Below are positions 1-10,500 of a DNA stretch of 64,000 bases, piece by piece. Position 1 is the first letter of the stretch. Each line of letters begins with the position of its first letter. The stretch comes from Patescibacteria group bacterium (lineage in GTDB: Bacteria; Patescibacteriota; Dojkabacteria; J137). Below the pieces are notes generated by a model that was not told the DNA's origin, searched no databases, and saw nothing but the letters and a program-made list of their open reading frames with translations. Both the position numbers and the translations under genes were made by a program. The stretch spans positions 5,508 through 69,507 of the forward strand of contig CAUJCN010000002.1 of the NCBI GenBank assembly GCA_963169855.1, given 5' to 3'.

Positions 1-105
1 CTCTGTTATTTACAATTGTTCTACCAGACTGTGCTTCACCAGTAGAAATTGTTGCTTGTGTTTTATTCTTCTGCTTAATTGCATTCTCAATCACGTTATC
101 TAATT
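1..105 (-). repeat. Diverged duplicate of a secA 3' segment (copy of 1077-1181); probably continues beyond the window start
   Basis: 97/105 nt identical to 1077-1181. Translates on the minus strand to LDNVIENAIKQKNKTQATISTGEAQSGRTIVNNR, versus ...GESQS... in SecA. An in-frame TAA lies immediately upstream. Confidence 0.9.
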
Positions 106-140
106 AGATCTGTAGCGATAGATTCCTATAATAATTTTTA

Positions 141-863
141 CTAAATTTTCAGGTAATTTAATATCACTGCAAAATTTAATCCAAAACCTATTAAGTACGC
201 TAGAACGAATAAGATTTTAGCTATCGGTTTTCCAAAAGTGATAGTAAAGTTATTTAAGTTTGATGCTACATCCACATTGTAATCTCTAAGCTGATTGTAT
301 AAAGCTCCACCTATAGAGACTAGGGTAACTCCAAAATAAACAAACCAGAATGTTTCTGAAAATGATCCCCCAGGAAAGGTATTGAATAGAATCGGTTGAA
401 AAGCTGCTAAGGCAAAACTGTGGGAAACGATATCAAAAATTGGGTATGATTTAAATCTAATTGGTTTCCACGAATAAAAGTGACCCGCAAGAATCGCTGC
501 AAAAGATATCATTAGAGTGTTTACTCCTCCAATAAAGAATGAAAGGATTAGTGCAAAAGCAGCTGTAAATTTCAAAATTGCTAGTCCTTCTGTGTAAGAT
601 ATTAGTCCAGCAGAAATTGGGTTTCGTAGTTTCTTTTTTTCGTCCAATGCATCATCTTCTGCATCTTCAAGATCATTAACAATAAATGAGTAACAATGAA
701 TTGCTAGTGAAATTATCGCAGCAACTAGCAAGTAAGGAATACTTACAGAATTGTTTGTTGCTATTATTGAAACTGCAGTCAGAAGAATAAAGTAATCACC
801 AACGATTACTTTTATTCTTGAAAGTTTGTAGAAAGCTGTAATGTATTTAGCAATTGGATTCAT
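141..863 (-). CDS. UbiA-family prenyltransferase (membrane)
   Basis: Asp-rich motifs NDLEDAEDD and NQLRDYNVD, RNPISAG motif, multiple TM helices. Confidence 0.85.
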   Translation of the reverse strand: MNPIAKYITAFYKLSRIKVIVGDYFILLTAVSIIATNNSVSIPYLLVAAIISLAIHCYSFIVNDLEDAEDDALDEKKKLRNPISAGLISYTEGLAILKFTAAFALILSFFIGGVNTLMISFAAILAGHFYSWKPIRFKSYPIFDIVSHSFALAAFQPILFNTFPGGSFSETFWFVYFGVTLVSIGGALYNQLRDYNVDVASNLNNFTITFGKPIAKILFVLAYLIGFGLNFAVILNYLKI

Positions 864-885
864 AATATGAATGAACTAGATCTCG

Positions 886-910
886 CATGGTTCGAGAGCC
901 TCACCATGAC
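886..910. repeat. REP-like palindrome, family A
   Basis: CATGGTTCGAGAGCCTCACCATGAC hairpin; related copies at 7361, 22864, 24045, 32082 and 43186. Confidence 0.75.
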
Positions 911-954
911 TCTGCGTGATCTGTTGTCTAAAATTTAATTCTTACTTAAGTGTA

Positions 955-3900
955 TTAAATTAATACGCAAAGTCCAGCTTTTAGATCTTCTTCTACCTTT
1001 TTATATTTAACATCCTTTAATTCTCTACCGTCAGAATATCGAACGCTTACCTTATCATTTCTTCCAATTTCATCTACTCTGTTGTTTACAATCGTTCTGC
1101 CAGATTGAGATTCACCTGTAGAAATTGTAGCTTGTGTTTTATTCTTCTGCTTAATTGCATTCTCAATCACGTTATCTAATTTATTTGTCGTAGTTTCTGT
1201 TGGAATAAATTCTCTGTCCTCTGTTGAAACGTCTTTAATATCTTCGGTATTTGTATCAAGAATTTGTCGTCCTGTTTGAGGCACAGGTACTTCCGTAACT
1301 TTTGAAACATTCAAAATCTTTTTTACAAACTCAGCATTGATCTTTGCAATAAATGATCTGAAAACGTTAAATGCTTCGTTTTTGTATTCAACTAGTGGAT
1401 CTTTTTGTGCGTATGCTTGTAGCCCGATTCCGTCCCTTATATCTTTCATCAATTCTAAATGATCAACCCAAGCATTATCTGTATTCTGGAACATTATTAC
1501 TTTTGATAGATAATAGAAGTCGTCTCCGAATTCTTCAACCTTTTTATCAAAAGCTTGTTTCGCGATTTTTGCCAATTCAGCTGCGGTATCCTTATTATTT
1601 AATTCCTTTGTCTTGTCGTTAAATTGTCCAAAATTTACATACTCTGTGTATTGCACCGGAACCATTGTAAAGAATTCTCTCATTGCTTTTTCAAATGCCT
1701 GAGTTTTATCTTTCAACTCTCTAACTTCTTCGATTACTTCTGATGTTTCTCCGTTATATAAATCCTCAACAAGGGTTCTCAATTTCTTTTTACTATCTTC
1801 TATTCTTTCTAATAGTTCAGATTTTCTATTCGTATCCTCAACTTTATCCACTTCAACCAAATCTTGGTTAATTAAAAATCTTCCATTAGAACCCTCTGAT
1901 AAGTTAAGCATTTCTCTTCTTCTTGTATAGAAAATTTCTCTATGTTGATTCATTACATCATCGTAGTCTACAACTCTTTTTCTATAGTCGAAGTTTACGT
2001 TTTCAATTCTTTTCTGAGCTCCTTCGATTTGTCTTGAAATCAACTTCATTTCGATTGGCATATCATCTTTCAGCCCAACCATTCCTAGTAATCTTGACAT
2101 CATTTCTCCTCCAAGAATTCTTAAAAGATTGTCTTCCATAGATGTGTAGAATCTGGAACTTCCCGGTTCTCCCTGTCTTCCTGTTCTTCCTCTTAGCTGG
2201 TTATCAATTCTTCTTGCCTCGTGTCTTTCTGTACCAATAACGTGAAGTCCACCAACCGCAGCAATTTCTTTCCATGCATCGTCTCCTCTTTTTCCTCCTC
2301 CGATAATAATGTCTGCTCCTCTACCCGCCATGTTTGTTGCAACTGTTACTGCACCTTTTCGTCCAGCCTTCTCGATAATTTTTGCTTCTTGTTCGTGATA
2401 TTTTGCGTTTAATACTTCGTGTGCAATTCCCGCCTGGTCTAAAAGTTGCGATACAATTTCAGATTTATCAACAGACGCAGTACCGATAAGTACAGGTTGT
2501 CCAACAGCGTGTCTTTCTTTTACCTCCTCAATTACAGCTTTAAATTTTGCTTCTTGAGTTTTGTAAATTCTATCGGGGTGGTCAACTCTGATAATAGGTT
2601 TGTTGGTTGGCATTGTGACAGATTCGAGTCCATAAATTTTGTAGAACTCTTCTGCTTCTGTAAGAACTGTTCCAGAACCTCCGCAAAGAACTTTGTAAAG
2701 TCTAAAGAAATTTTGGAATGTAATAGTTGCAAATGTTTTGCTTTCCTGTTGTATCTGGACTCCTTCTTTTGCCTCGATTGCTTGATGCAAACCTTCGGAA
2801 TATCTTCTTCCTTTTAAAATTCTTCCTGTAAATTCATCGACGATTAAAACTTCACCGCTTTTTACTAAATAATGTTCGTCTCGGATGTAAAGAGTCTTTG
2901 CTTTAAGTGCGTTTTCGATGTGGTAAGCTGAAGAATAATCTTTCCAGATATTATCTACTCCCAAATTCGCTTCAACTTGAACAATCCCTTCTTCTGTTAA
3001 ATTTGCCGACCTGCTTTTATGATCTATAATGTAATGTTTTCCTTCTTCCAGATTTATTACTGCTTGAGCAAACTTCATGTATTTATCAGTATCTGCATCA
3101 CTTGGAACTCCAGAAATAATCAGCGGTGTTCTAGCTTCATCGATTAAGATTGAGTCAGCCTCGTCAACAATACAAAAATATAGTTCTCTTTGAGAAATTC
3201 CTGAGAGTTCCCATGCCATATTGTCTCTTAGATAGTCGAATCCAAATTCGTTGTTTGTTCCGTATGTAATATCACAGTTGTAACTTTCTCTTTTTGTACA
3301 TTCAAGAAGGTTTGCTGAGTCCAAACTGCTTAGATTTACTGTTGTACCCATTGCTTCTCTTTTTGTTTGAGCTTCATCACCTTTTAGAAGTTTAATTTGA
3401 TCATCAGCAATAAATTTATAAGAAATTTGTGAATTGATAATTCCAACAACTAATCCTAATTCAATTGCAATATGTCCAGCGTATTCACCGTCTCTTCTAG
3501 AAAGATAGTCATTAACAGTAACCAGATGTGCTCCTCTTCCAGCTAATGCGTAAAGAATCAAAGGGAGTTGGAATGTCATAGTTTTTCCTTCTCCTGTAAA
3601 CAATTCAGCTAATCGTTGGCCTTGAGCCAAAACTATCCCAGCTTTTAACTGAACATCATGATATCTAAATCCCATTTTTCTAAAGAATACTTCATCTACA
3701 TAAGCGTAGACTTCAGGCATTACTTCGTATAGTTTTTTCTGAATAGCCTTTTCGTTCTCAGGTAAACCTTTACCTCTTTCTACTTTAGATAATGAAAGTT
3801 TGTCGTCTGCTGGGATTGCATCAACAAGTAATTTTAATTCTGCTTTAATTTCTTTAATCCTTGTTCGAATTTGTTCATAAGACATGTCTGGAGTTTTTGT

Positions 3901-3984
3901 TCTCCATTCTTTAATTTCGTTCAAAGGCTTGTCAGTCTTGGATAATTGTCCTGTATTTGAGTCAAAAAATGAGAAAAATTTCAT
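955..3984 (-). CDS. secA: Preprotein translocase ATPase SecA
   Basis: TGEGKT Walker A, VTVNDYL, DEADSILIDEARTPLIIS, ATNMAGRG, QLRGRTGRQG. ATG at 3984 preferred over TTG at 4005. Confidence 0.98.
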   Translation of the reverse strand: MKFFSFFDSNTGQLSKTDKPLNEIKEWRTKTPDMSYEQIRTRIKEIKAELKLLVDAIPADDKLSLSKVERGKGLPENEKAIQKKLYEVMPEVYAYVDEVFFRKMGFRYHDVQLKAGIVLAQGQRLAELFTGEGKTMTFQLPLILYALAGRGAHLVTVNDYLSRRDGEYAGHIAIELGLVVGIINSQISYKFIADDQIKLLKGDEAQTKREAMGTTVNLSSLDSANLLECTKRESYNCDITYGTNNEFGFDYLRDNMAWELSGISQRELYFCIVDEADSILIDEARTPLIISGVPSDADTDKYMKFAQAVINLEEGKHYIIDHKSRSANLTEEGIVQVEANLGVDNIWKDYSSAYHIENALKAKTLYIRDEHYLVKSGEVLIVDEFTGRILKGRRYSEGLHQAIEAKEGVQIQQESKTFATITFQNFFRLYKVLCGGSGTVLTEAEEFYKIYGLESVTMPTNKPIIRVDHPDRIYKTQEAKFKAVIEEVKERHAVGQPVLIGTASVDKSEIVSQLLDQAGIAHEVLNAKYHEQEAKIIEKAGRKGAVTVATNMAGRGADIIIGGGKRGDDAWKEIAAVGGLHVIGTERHEARRIDNQLRGRTGRQGEPGSSRFYTSMEDNLLRILGGEMMSRLLGMVGLKDDMPIEMKLISRQIEGAQKRIENVNFDYRKRVVDYDDVMNQHREIFYTRRREMLNLSEGSNGRFLINQDLVEVDKVEDTNRKSELLERIEDSKKKLRTLVEDLYNGETSEVIEEVRELKDKTQAFEKAMREFFTMVPVQYTEYVNFGQFNDKTKELNNKDTAAELAKIAKQAFDKKVEEFGDDFYYLSKVIMFQNTDNAWVDHLELMKDIRDGIGLQAYAQKDPLVEYKNEAFNVFRSFIAKINAEFVKKILNVSKVTEVPVPQTGRQILDTNTEDIKDVSTEDREFIPTETTTNKLDNVIENAIKQKNKTQATISTGESQSGRTIVNNRVDEIGRNDKVSVRYSDGRELKDVKYKKVEEDLKAGLCVLI

Positions 3985-4066
3985 ATGTTTAAGCTTTAAA
4001 TTCAAAAAAGTAACTAAGTATTATACTGCTAGAAAGCGTATAGTCAAAAAAATGATTTAATATTAT

Positions 4067-4717
4067 CTACAATCTGAAAAATCCAATTATTCGATAAATC
4101 GTTTCGAAAGGATATTCCATATGGTACATCTTCATATTCTCTGTCAGAGCAATCAATCGTGCTTGTTCAACATCGTCCAAAGTTAAAACATATGTAGCAA
4201 TTACTGAAGATTCAAAAAGAACTTTTTTAACAAGTTGAATATGTACGATTGAAACTGCTAATGAAATTATTTGTAACCCTAAAGTAAAGATTAGTAATGC
4301 TGTCTGTAACTCTCCGTTTGTCGTTAATCCTAAAATAAATGAAAAAATCGTTCCTAAAAATAGAAAGTTAAGAATCTGAGGAAGTTTAACGTATGCCTTG
4401 AAGTCTCTTCTTCCAATCTCGCTCTGGAAAATGAAATAATAAAGAGTAAATAAATCAGAGAATAGTAAATGTTTTCTACTAATTAATAATGTATTCTCGA
4501 AGTAGAACGCTGGTAGAGAAATTTCGTCTGTTGCTCTGATAGCGAGTGATACTTTAAATTCTTTCCAGTATCTTTCTACAAGTTCAGCCAACCTAGTTTG
4601 TTGTCCTATTGGAATAATAAATTTATGTTTGATTTCTCTTCGGGAAGCTCCAGCATATAGAGCCAGGATCAATTGAGAAACAAAAACTAGTATTATTATC
4701 ACCAATAGAATGGTCAT
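4067..4717 (-). CDS. Hypothetical membrane protein
   Basis: 216-aa ORF with three hydrophobic segments, directly downstream of clpC. Confidence 0.7.
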   Translation of the reverse strand: MTILLVIIILVFVSQLILALYAGASRREIKHKFIIPIGQQTRLAELVERYWKEFKVSLAIRATDEISLPAFYFENTLLISRKHLLFSDLFTLYYFIFQSEIGRRDFKAYVKLPQILNFLFLGTIFSFILGLTTNGELQTALLIFTLGLQIISLAVSIVHIQLVKKVLFESSVIATYVLTLDDVEQARLIALTENMKMYHMEYPFETIYRIIGFFRL

Positions 4718-4718
4718 A

Positions 4719-7196
4719 CTATTTTTCTAAAGAAAATTTATTATTATCAAACTTCATTATGACAGAATCTCCTTTCTTTAACGACTCTTTTAAGATTTGT
4801 TCAGAAATAAAATTATCGATTTCTCTTTGAACTGTTCTTCTGACTTGTCTAGCACCAAATTGTGGACTGTAGCTGACTCTTCCAACTTCATCAATAACGC
4901 TTTGATCAAAAGATATCTTAATTCCTTGTTCACTTAAGAGTTTCTTTGTATTTTCTAATGCAAGAACAACAATCTTATCGATTTCCTGAGCTGTTAGCGC
5001 TTTAAATACTACTACATCATCAAGTCTATTTATGAATTCTGGTTTGAAGTATTTATTCAGTAAAAGCATAAGTTGACTTTTTAAATCCTCCCATTTTGGA
5101 ATTTGATCTTTTGGATTCTTCATTTTAATCAAACTCTTTTTTGGCTCTTCTGGTTTAAATGCATCCATAATCTTGCTGACTTCGTCTGCGCCAATTTTAG
5201 CCATAATTAGTTCGGCTCCAATGTTACTAGTTGCAATAATGATTGTATTTTTAAAATCGATTAGTCTACCTTTGCCATCTGTAATTCTTCCGTCATCCAT
5301 AACCTGAAGGAGAATGTTAAACACATCTGGATGAGCTTTTTCAATTTCATCTAATAAGATTACAGAATAAGGTTTTCTCCTAACTTTTTCTGTTAACTGA
5401 CCGCCTTCGTCATAACCAACATATCCTGGAGGAGCGCCGATTAATCTTGTAACAGAAAATTTTTCCATGTATTCGCTCATGTCGATTCTGATCATTGCAT
5501 CTTCATCCCCAAAAACCAACTCTGACAGTGCTTTTGCAAGCTCGGTTTTTCCAACTCCAGTTGGTCCTAAAAATAAGAAAGAAGCTATAGGTCTTTTTGG
5601 ATCTTTCAATCCAGTTCTTGCTCTCCGCACAGCTTGGGCAACTGTAGTTACTGCTTCATTTTGTCCTATGATTCTTTTATGTAGGTTTTCTTCTAGATGA
5701 AGTAAATTTTCCTTTTCTTCTCGATTTAAATCTGTAATAGGAACTCCAGTCATTCTAGAAATCACTTCGTTTATATCCTGTACAGTAACTTCAGGTGTAC
5801 CTGTTCCTCTTTCCATTAACCACTGAGATTCTATTGGCTTAAGTTCTTCCTTTATCTTTTCTACCTCAACTTTTAATTCAGCTGCTTCCTTTAATTCTCC
5901 TGATCTTGTTAAAGATTCTCTTTCTGTTTCTAATTTTTTGATTTTATTCTTTAAGTTTTGAACTTCTACGGGTTCTCCAGCAAATTTAAGTCTAACTCTG
6001 CTGCTTGCCTCGTCTAAAACATCTATAGCTTTATCAGGTAAAAATCTATTCTTGATATATCTGTTTGATAAATTCGCAGCCGCAGAAAGTGAATCATCGT
6101 TTATTTTCAATTTATGGTGAGCTTCGTATCTTGGCTTAACACCCTTAAGGATTTGCAAAGTTTCTTCTACTGTAGGTTCGTCTACCACAACAGGTTGAAA
6201 TCTTCGTTCTAGTGCAGCATCTTTTTCAATATATTTTTGATATTCCTGTAAAGTCGTTGCTCCAATAACTTGAAGTTCTCCTCTAGCTAAAGCTGGTTTT
6301 AACATGTTCGAGAAATCCAATTCTCCTTGTTGTGCTCCAGATCCAACAATTGTGTGAAGTTCATCTATGAATAAAATTACGCTTCTTTCTGCTTTTTCTA
6401 AATCTTGGATTAGTTTTTTTGCTCTTTCTTCGAATTCTCCTCTGAATTTTGAACCCGCTACAAGTGATGCTAAGTCTAAAGATTTAACTTTTTTATCTCT
6501 CAAAACTTCTGGAACTTGACCACTTATAATTCGTTGTGCGAGTCCTTCAGCAATTGCAGTTTTTCCAACTCCTGGTTCTCCAATCAAAACTGGGTTATTC
6601 TTTTTTCTCCTCGAAAGAATTTCAACAACCCTGGTTATCTCTTCATCTCTACCCACAACAGGATCGATTTTATCTAGTCTCGCCATTTCTGTAAGATCTT
6701 TTGTGAATTCATCCAAAGTTGGTGTTTCTGATTTACCATTTACTCCTGAACCTTCGATATCGCCTTCTCCAATGACTTTTATAACTGCTTGCCTTGCTTG
6801 AGAGTGGCTTATGGCGTATTTTCTCAAAACCTGTGCGGCTAAACCTTCCTGTTCTAAAATTAGACCTAGAAGAATATGTTCTGTTCCGATATACGTATGG
6901 TTTAATGCTAATGATTCTTGGTATGCTAATTGAACAACTTGAGAAGCTCTTGGCGAGAAGGTTGGATTTTGAGTAGGATAATTACCTTCTGGCATTAATC
7001 TTTCGAGCTGATTTGCTAGTTCCTCTCCATTGATTCCCAACTCCTTGAATATTTTAGTCATTACAACACTATCTTTCGTCAATCCCCACAACATCTGTTC
7101 AGTATCAACTGATCTTTGTTTCTTTTCGATAGCTTTTGAAATTGCGTTTTGAAGAGCTTCGTTTGTTCTATTTGAAAATAATTCTGAAATGTTCAT
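4719..7196 (-). CDS. clpC: ATP-dependent Clp protease ATP-binding subunit (ClpC/ClpB family)
   Basis: Clp N repeats; two AAA modules GEPGVGKT and GPTGVGKT; RIDMSEY; GAPPGYVGY. Confidence 0.93.
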   Translation of the reverse strand: MNISELFSNRTNEALQNAISKAIEKKQRSVDTEQMLWGLTKDSVVMTKIFKELGINGEELANQLERLMPEGNYPTQNPTFSPRASQVVQLAYQESLALNHTYIGTEHILLGLILEQEGLAAQVLRKYAISHSQARQAVIKVIGEGDIEGSGVNGKSETPTLDEFTKDLTEMARLDKIDPVVGRDEEITRVVEILSRRKKNNPVLIGEPGVGKTAIAEGLAQRIISGQVPEVLRDKKVKSLDLASLVAGSKFRGEFEERAKKLIQDLEKAERSVILFIDELHTIVGSGAQQGELDFSNMLKPALARGELQVIGATTLQEYQKYIEKDAALERRFQPVVVDEPTVEETLQILKGVKPRYEAHHKLKINDDSLSAAANLSNRYIKNRFLPDKAIDVLDEASSRVRLKFAGEPVEVQNLKNKIKKLETERESLTRSGELKEAAELKVEVEKIKEELKPIESQWLMERGTGTPEVTVQDINEVISRMTGVPITDLNREEKENLLHLEENLHKRIIGQNEAVTTVAQAVRRARTGLKDPKRPIASFLFLGPTGVGKTELAKALSELVFGDEDAMIRIDMSEYMEKFSVTRLIGAPPGYVGYDEGGQLTEKVRRKPYSVILLDEIEKAHPDVFNILLQVMDDGRITDGKGRLIDFKNTIIIATSNIGAELIMAKIGADEVSKIMDAFKPEEPKKSLIKMKNPKDQIPKWEDLKSQLMLLLNKYFKPEFINRLDDVVVFKALTAQEIDKIVVLALENTKKLLSEQGIKISFDQSVIDEVGRVSYSPQFGARQVRRTVQREIDNFISEQILKESLKKGDSVIMKFDNNKFSLEK

Positions 7197-7261
7197 ATTA
7201 AAATTGTACTAATTTTAAAAAACTAAATGTATATTTAATTTCTTGCCTTTCAAAATATATT

Positions 7262-7288
7262 TTAGCAGGTTACTCGCCAAACTGCCAA
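7262..7288. promoter_or_regulatory. CIRCE-like inverted repeat (possible HrcA operator) upstream of clpC
   Basis: TTAGCAGGT-N9-AACTGCCAA versus consensus TTAGCACTC-N9-GAGTGCTAA, about 65 nt upstream of the chaperone start. Confidence 0.5.
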
Positions 7289-7360
7289 TATTCGAAAAAT
7301 TCTAAATCATAAGTACTAAGTTAGAAGGATAATGGTCTACAGTTAAATCTAAAGTGCAGA

Positions 7361-7383
7361 GTCATACTGAGCATGTCGAAGTA
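7361..7383. repeat. REP-like palindrome, family A (reverse orientation)
   Basis: GTCATACTGAGCATGTCGAAGTA. Confidence 0.7.
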
Positions 7384-7514
7384 CAGACACGAAGATTAAA
7401 GAGCTAAGTTTCAAAATTCAAAACTAAAGATCAAATATATCTAACTAAAAGCCCATCGCCCACAGCTCATAGCTTTTTGTAATAACGTTGAAGTGATAGC
7501 AGTAATACTTTAGA

Positions 7515-10500
7515 ATGAGTAAGATTATGGACGAGTCTCCTAAACGTTATACGAGATCAATTTTAGCGCTTGTTGTTGTTATCGGATTGATATCAACTGT
7601 AGGCTTAATTCGAGATCTATCTAAACAAGGTATAAGACCCTTTGGGTTTATCGAAAATGTTCTGGCTCAAGTTACTCAAAGCAACGCACTATCCTCAGTT
7701 TTTGTTTCTCAAAATGAAGAACCAGTTTTAAGGAAAGTTTTTGATTCTACCGATAGATGTAGACCATCAGGGGTTAATCCTTTAATTCCTGGAAAAGGTG
7801 GTATTAATTTGGCTGCTTTAGACTCCAATACATGGAGGTCTGTAATTGACTACTCTCACGGTAAGAATGATGTTAACGAGCAGTTGAATATGGGTTATCA
7901 ACTAGGAATGTTTACAGATCCGAACGATAGTGGCTCAGCTGCAGAATTCATTATTGATACAAGTAAAGCAGGAATGATTCCTATAGTTAGACTTTGTTAT
8001 CCTGGAGGATGTAATTTCCAAATAGATGTTCCATTGTTAAGAAATCCAGATAACGTACAAGAAATGGCAGCAGCGGAATTTCAGAGCCAATTTGCTACAC
8101 ACGATATTGTAGATTTCTACAAAGCAATCATTAATGAACTTGATAGAAGAATTGGTGGTAACAAAGTTTATAACGAAGATATTTCTAATCTTCAGGGGTA
8201 TGAATTTGTTGCTCTCGTAGGTCCAAACGAACCTGGGACAGCTGGGGAAATGCAAGCATTTGGAATTGATAACTATGATACTTTGGTTAGATCTGTAAAT
8301 GAAGCTGGTTATTATCTGCAAAAATTGAGGGTTGCGAATGGCGGGATAATGTATCTTGCACCAGGTGCATTCAACTTATCTAATACACAAGGTGATGATT
8401 TGAAAGAATTCTTTGGACCAATTGAACGAAATAACGGTGGAGTGCAGACTACAACGCAAAATGGAACAGAGTTGAAAGTCGAGTACTTTGATTATGTATT
8501 AGGTAATGCCTATGATCAAGATTCTACTGACCCTAGTCATGAACCTACAACCGCTGCAACGTATGTTACAAACGGAAATGGAGGTTCTGGCATCAACTTA
8601 AACTATGTAAGTAGGAAATACGATCTTCCAATCATTCTGACTGAGTTTGGAACTTTCAATGGCAATATGGCAACTTTTAAATATTCATTTAAACAACTTT
8701 GTCTTAATGATAATGTAGAGGGAATTTTGTTTTTTAGAAATATTGCGGAGCTTCAAGAGCTATCACCTGAACCAAGACCACTACAAGTATCTACCGAGGT
8801 TATTAGAGATATGACTTTGGGCTGTTCACGAAAAATCACATTCCCAAACTGTAATTTTGACACGACACTTTACGCAACCACTCGTTCGTTAGCAGATACA
8901 GTCCCTGATTCTTTAGCAAAAGCCGAAAGCTTCTGTTCGGTTGTAGACGAAGACTACGAAACTAAAGCAGCAGTCACAGGAGGCTCAGGCTATAGAGTTG
9001 TTTGTGGAGATGCAGGAAATGGTAGAACACATTGTTCGGCAAATGCTCAAAATACTTTGCAAATAGGACTTCCAATAAATAGCTTTGGAAGTAATTCTGC
9101 GTTTGGAACAAGAACAAGACAATTCCCTTCCTACAATGTCGAAGCTTATGCTTCACAGAGCAATCAAGCAGTGGACAGTTTGAATCAATTTGCTGGAAAA
9201 ATTACAGTTGGTGGAATCACTTACCCAATGCCGTGGCTGGGATCTGCAATCCAAAACTCATCAGAGATAATCATGGATAATATACACCAAGGTGATGTGG
9301 TTGGAGAAACATTAGTTTCCCCTGGACTTGAAGTATATTCTTCGATTGCGGATATAGCAGGAGATTCTGGAAAAGGTTTAGCTAGATCAGTGCCTTACAG
9401 CACAAGTGGAATTTCTAAAGATGGGAAGATACCAGATGAAAGAACGGTTTTAGCAAACGACATTGTTTTTGACAAAGCATTATTGTCTGACCTTCAAGCA
9501 TTAAGACCATACAATCCTTCGACATTTAATTCAGCTTCTGAATTTCCTACCTATCCAATGAGTTGCAATTCAACAGGAAGATATGTAAGTAATGCAGATG
9601 ACTATATTTATGGTCCTGAGATTCAGCTTCAAAATAAAGCTGTTTGGGATGGTTCTGGGGGTCGAATGTGTGCACTGGTAGCAAACCGATATGGATCATC
9701 ATCACCGAGAGTAGAATCTTTGGATCCACTAAATTGTCAGGTATTAGAAGATCAGTTTTACATAAGTCCTTCGTTTGGAGCAATCTCTTGTAGAGCAGCT
9801 TTGCCAGCTTGTGCCCAGTCAGCCGATGGAATAAACGGAGGTTTCTGCTATATAGAACCTGATGTAGCCGATCAATGTTTGAATTTCGTGCCTCCTGATA
9901 CAGGATTCAGAGGTGTTAGAGTTTATGTTTATTCTAATACATTAGATGATATAGATGCTAAAGTCGAGATCCCTGGAATTTATGATTCTATATTCAGATT
10001 AAAAGATTTAATGAATCGTGAATTTAAAACTAACGATTTGAAGCTTGTTATGCAAGAAGGTTATGGATGGGAAGTTGAGGTAAAACTAACTACACGAGAT
10101 ACATCTGATATTGCAAACCAAGTAGTGCATCAATATGTAACAACAGATGCAGAGAAAGACGTTTCGAATTTTGAAGGTGAAAAAGTTAACATGTCTTCTC
10201 CAAACTACGTTGTTCGACAATTCATGCCTGCAAAAGAATTAAGCCAGAAAACAAATAAATCGTATATTAAAGATTTAGAATATCTAAATCAAATTAACGA
10301 AATTAGGTCGGTTTACTTGTCTGATCCTAACTCAAGTCATCCTAATAATTTAAGTGAGTATTTTAGTGGAGTAACTAATCCATTTTATGATCCATCTGAT
10401 ACTTCAAAACCAAATTTCAATAGACAAAATATTTTGATAAGCGACATGTCTTCTCAAGCAATGTCTTATCCATTATTGAGTTGTGATCAGGTCAATATCT

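Noticed and set aside
1-1181. DGR template/variable repeat pair
   Set aside because: The mismatches are not adenine-specific, are mostly synonymous, and there is no reverse transcriptase in the window
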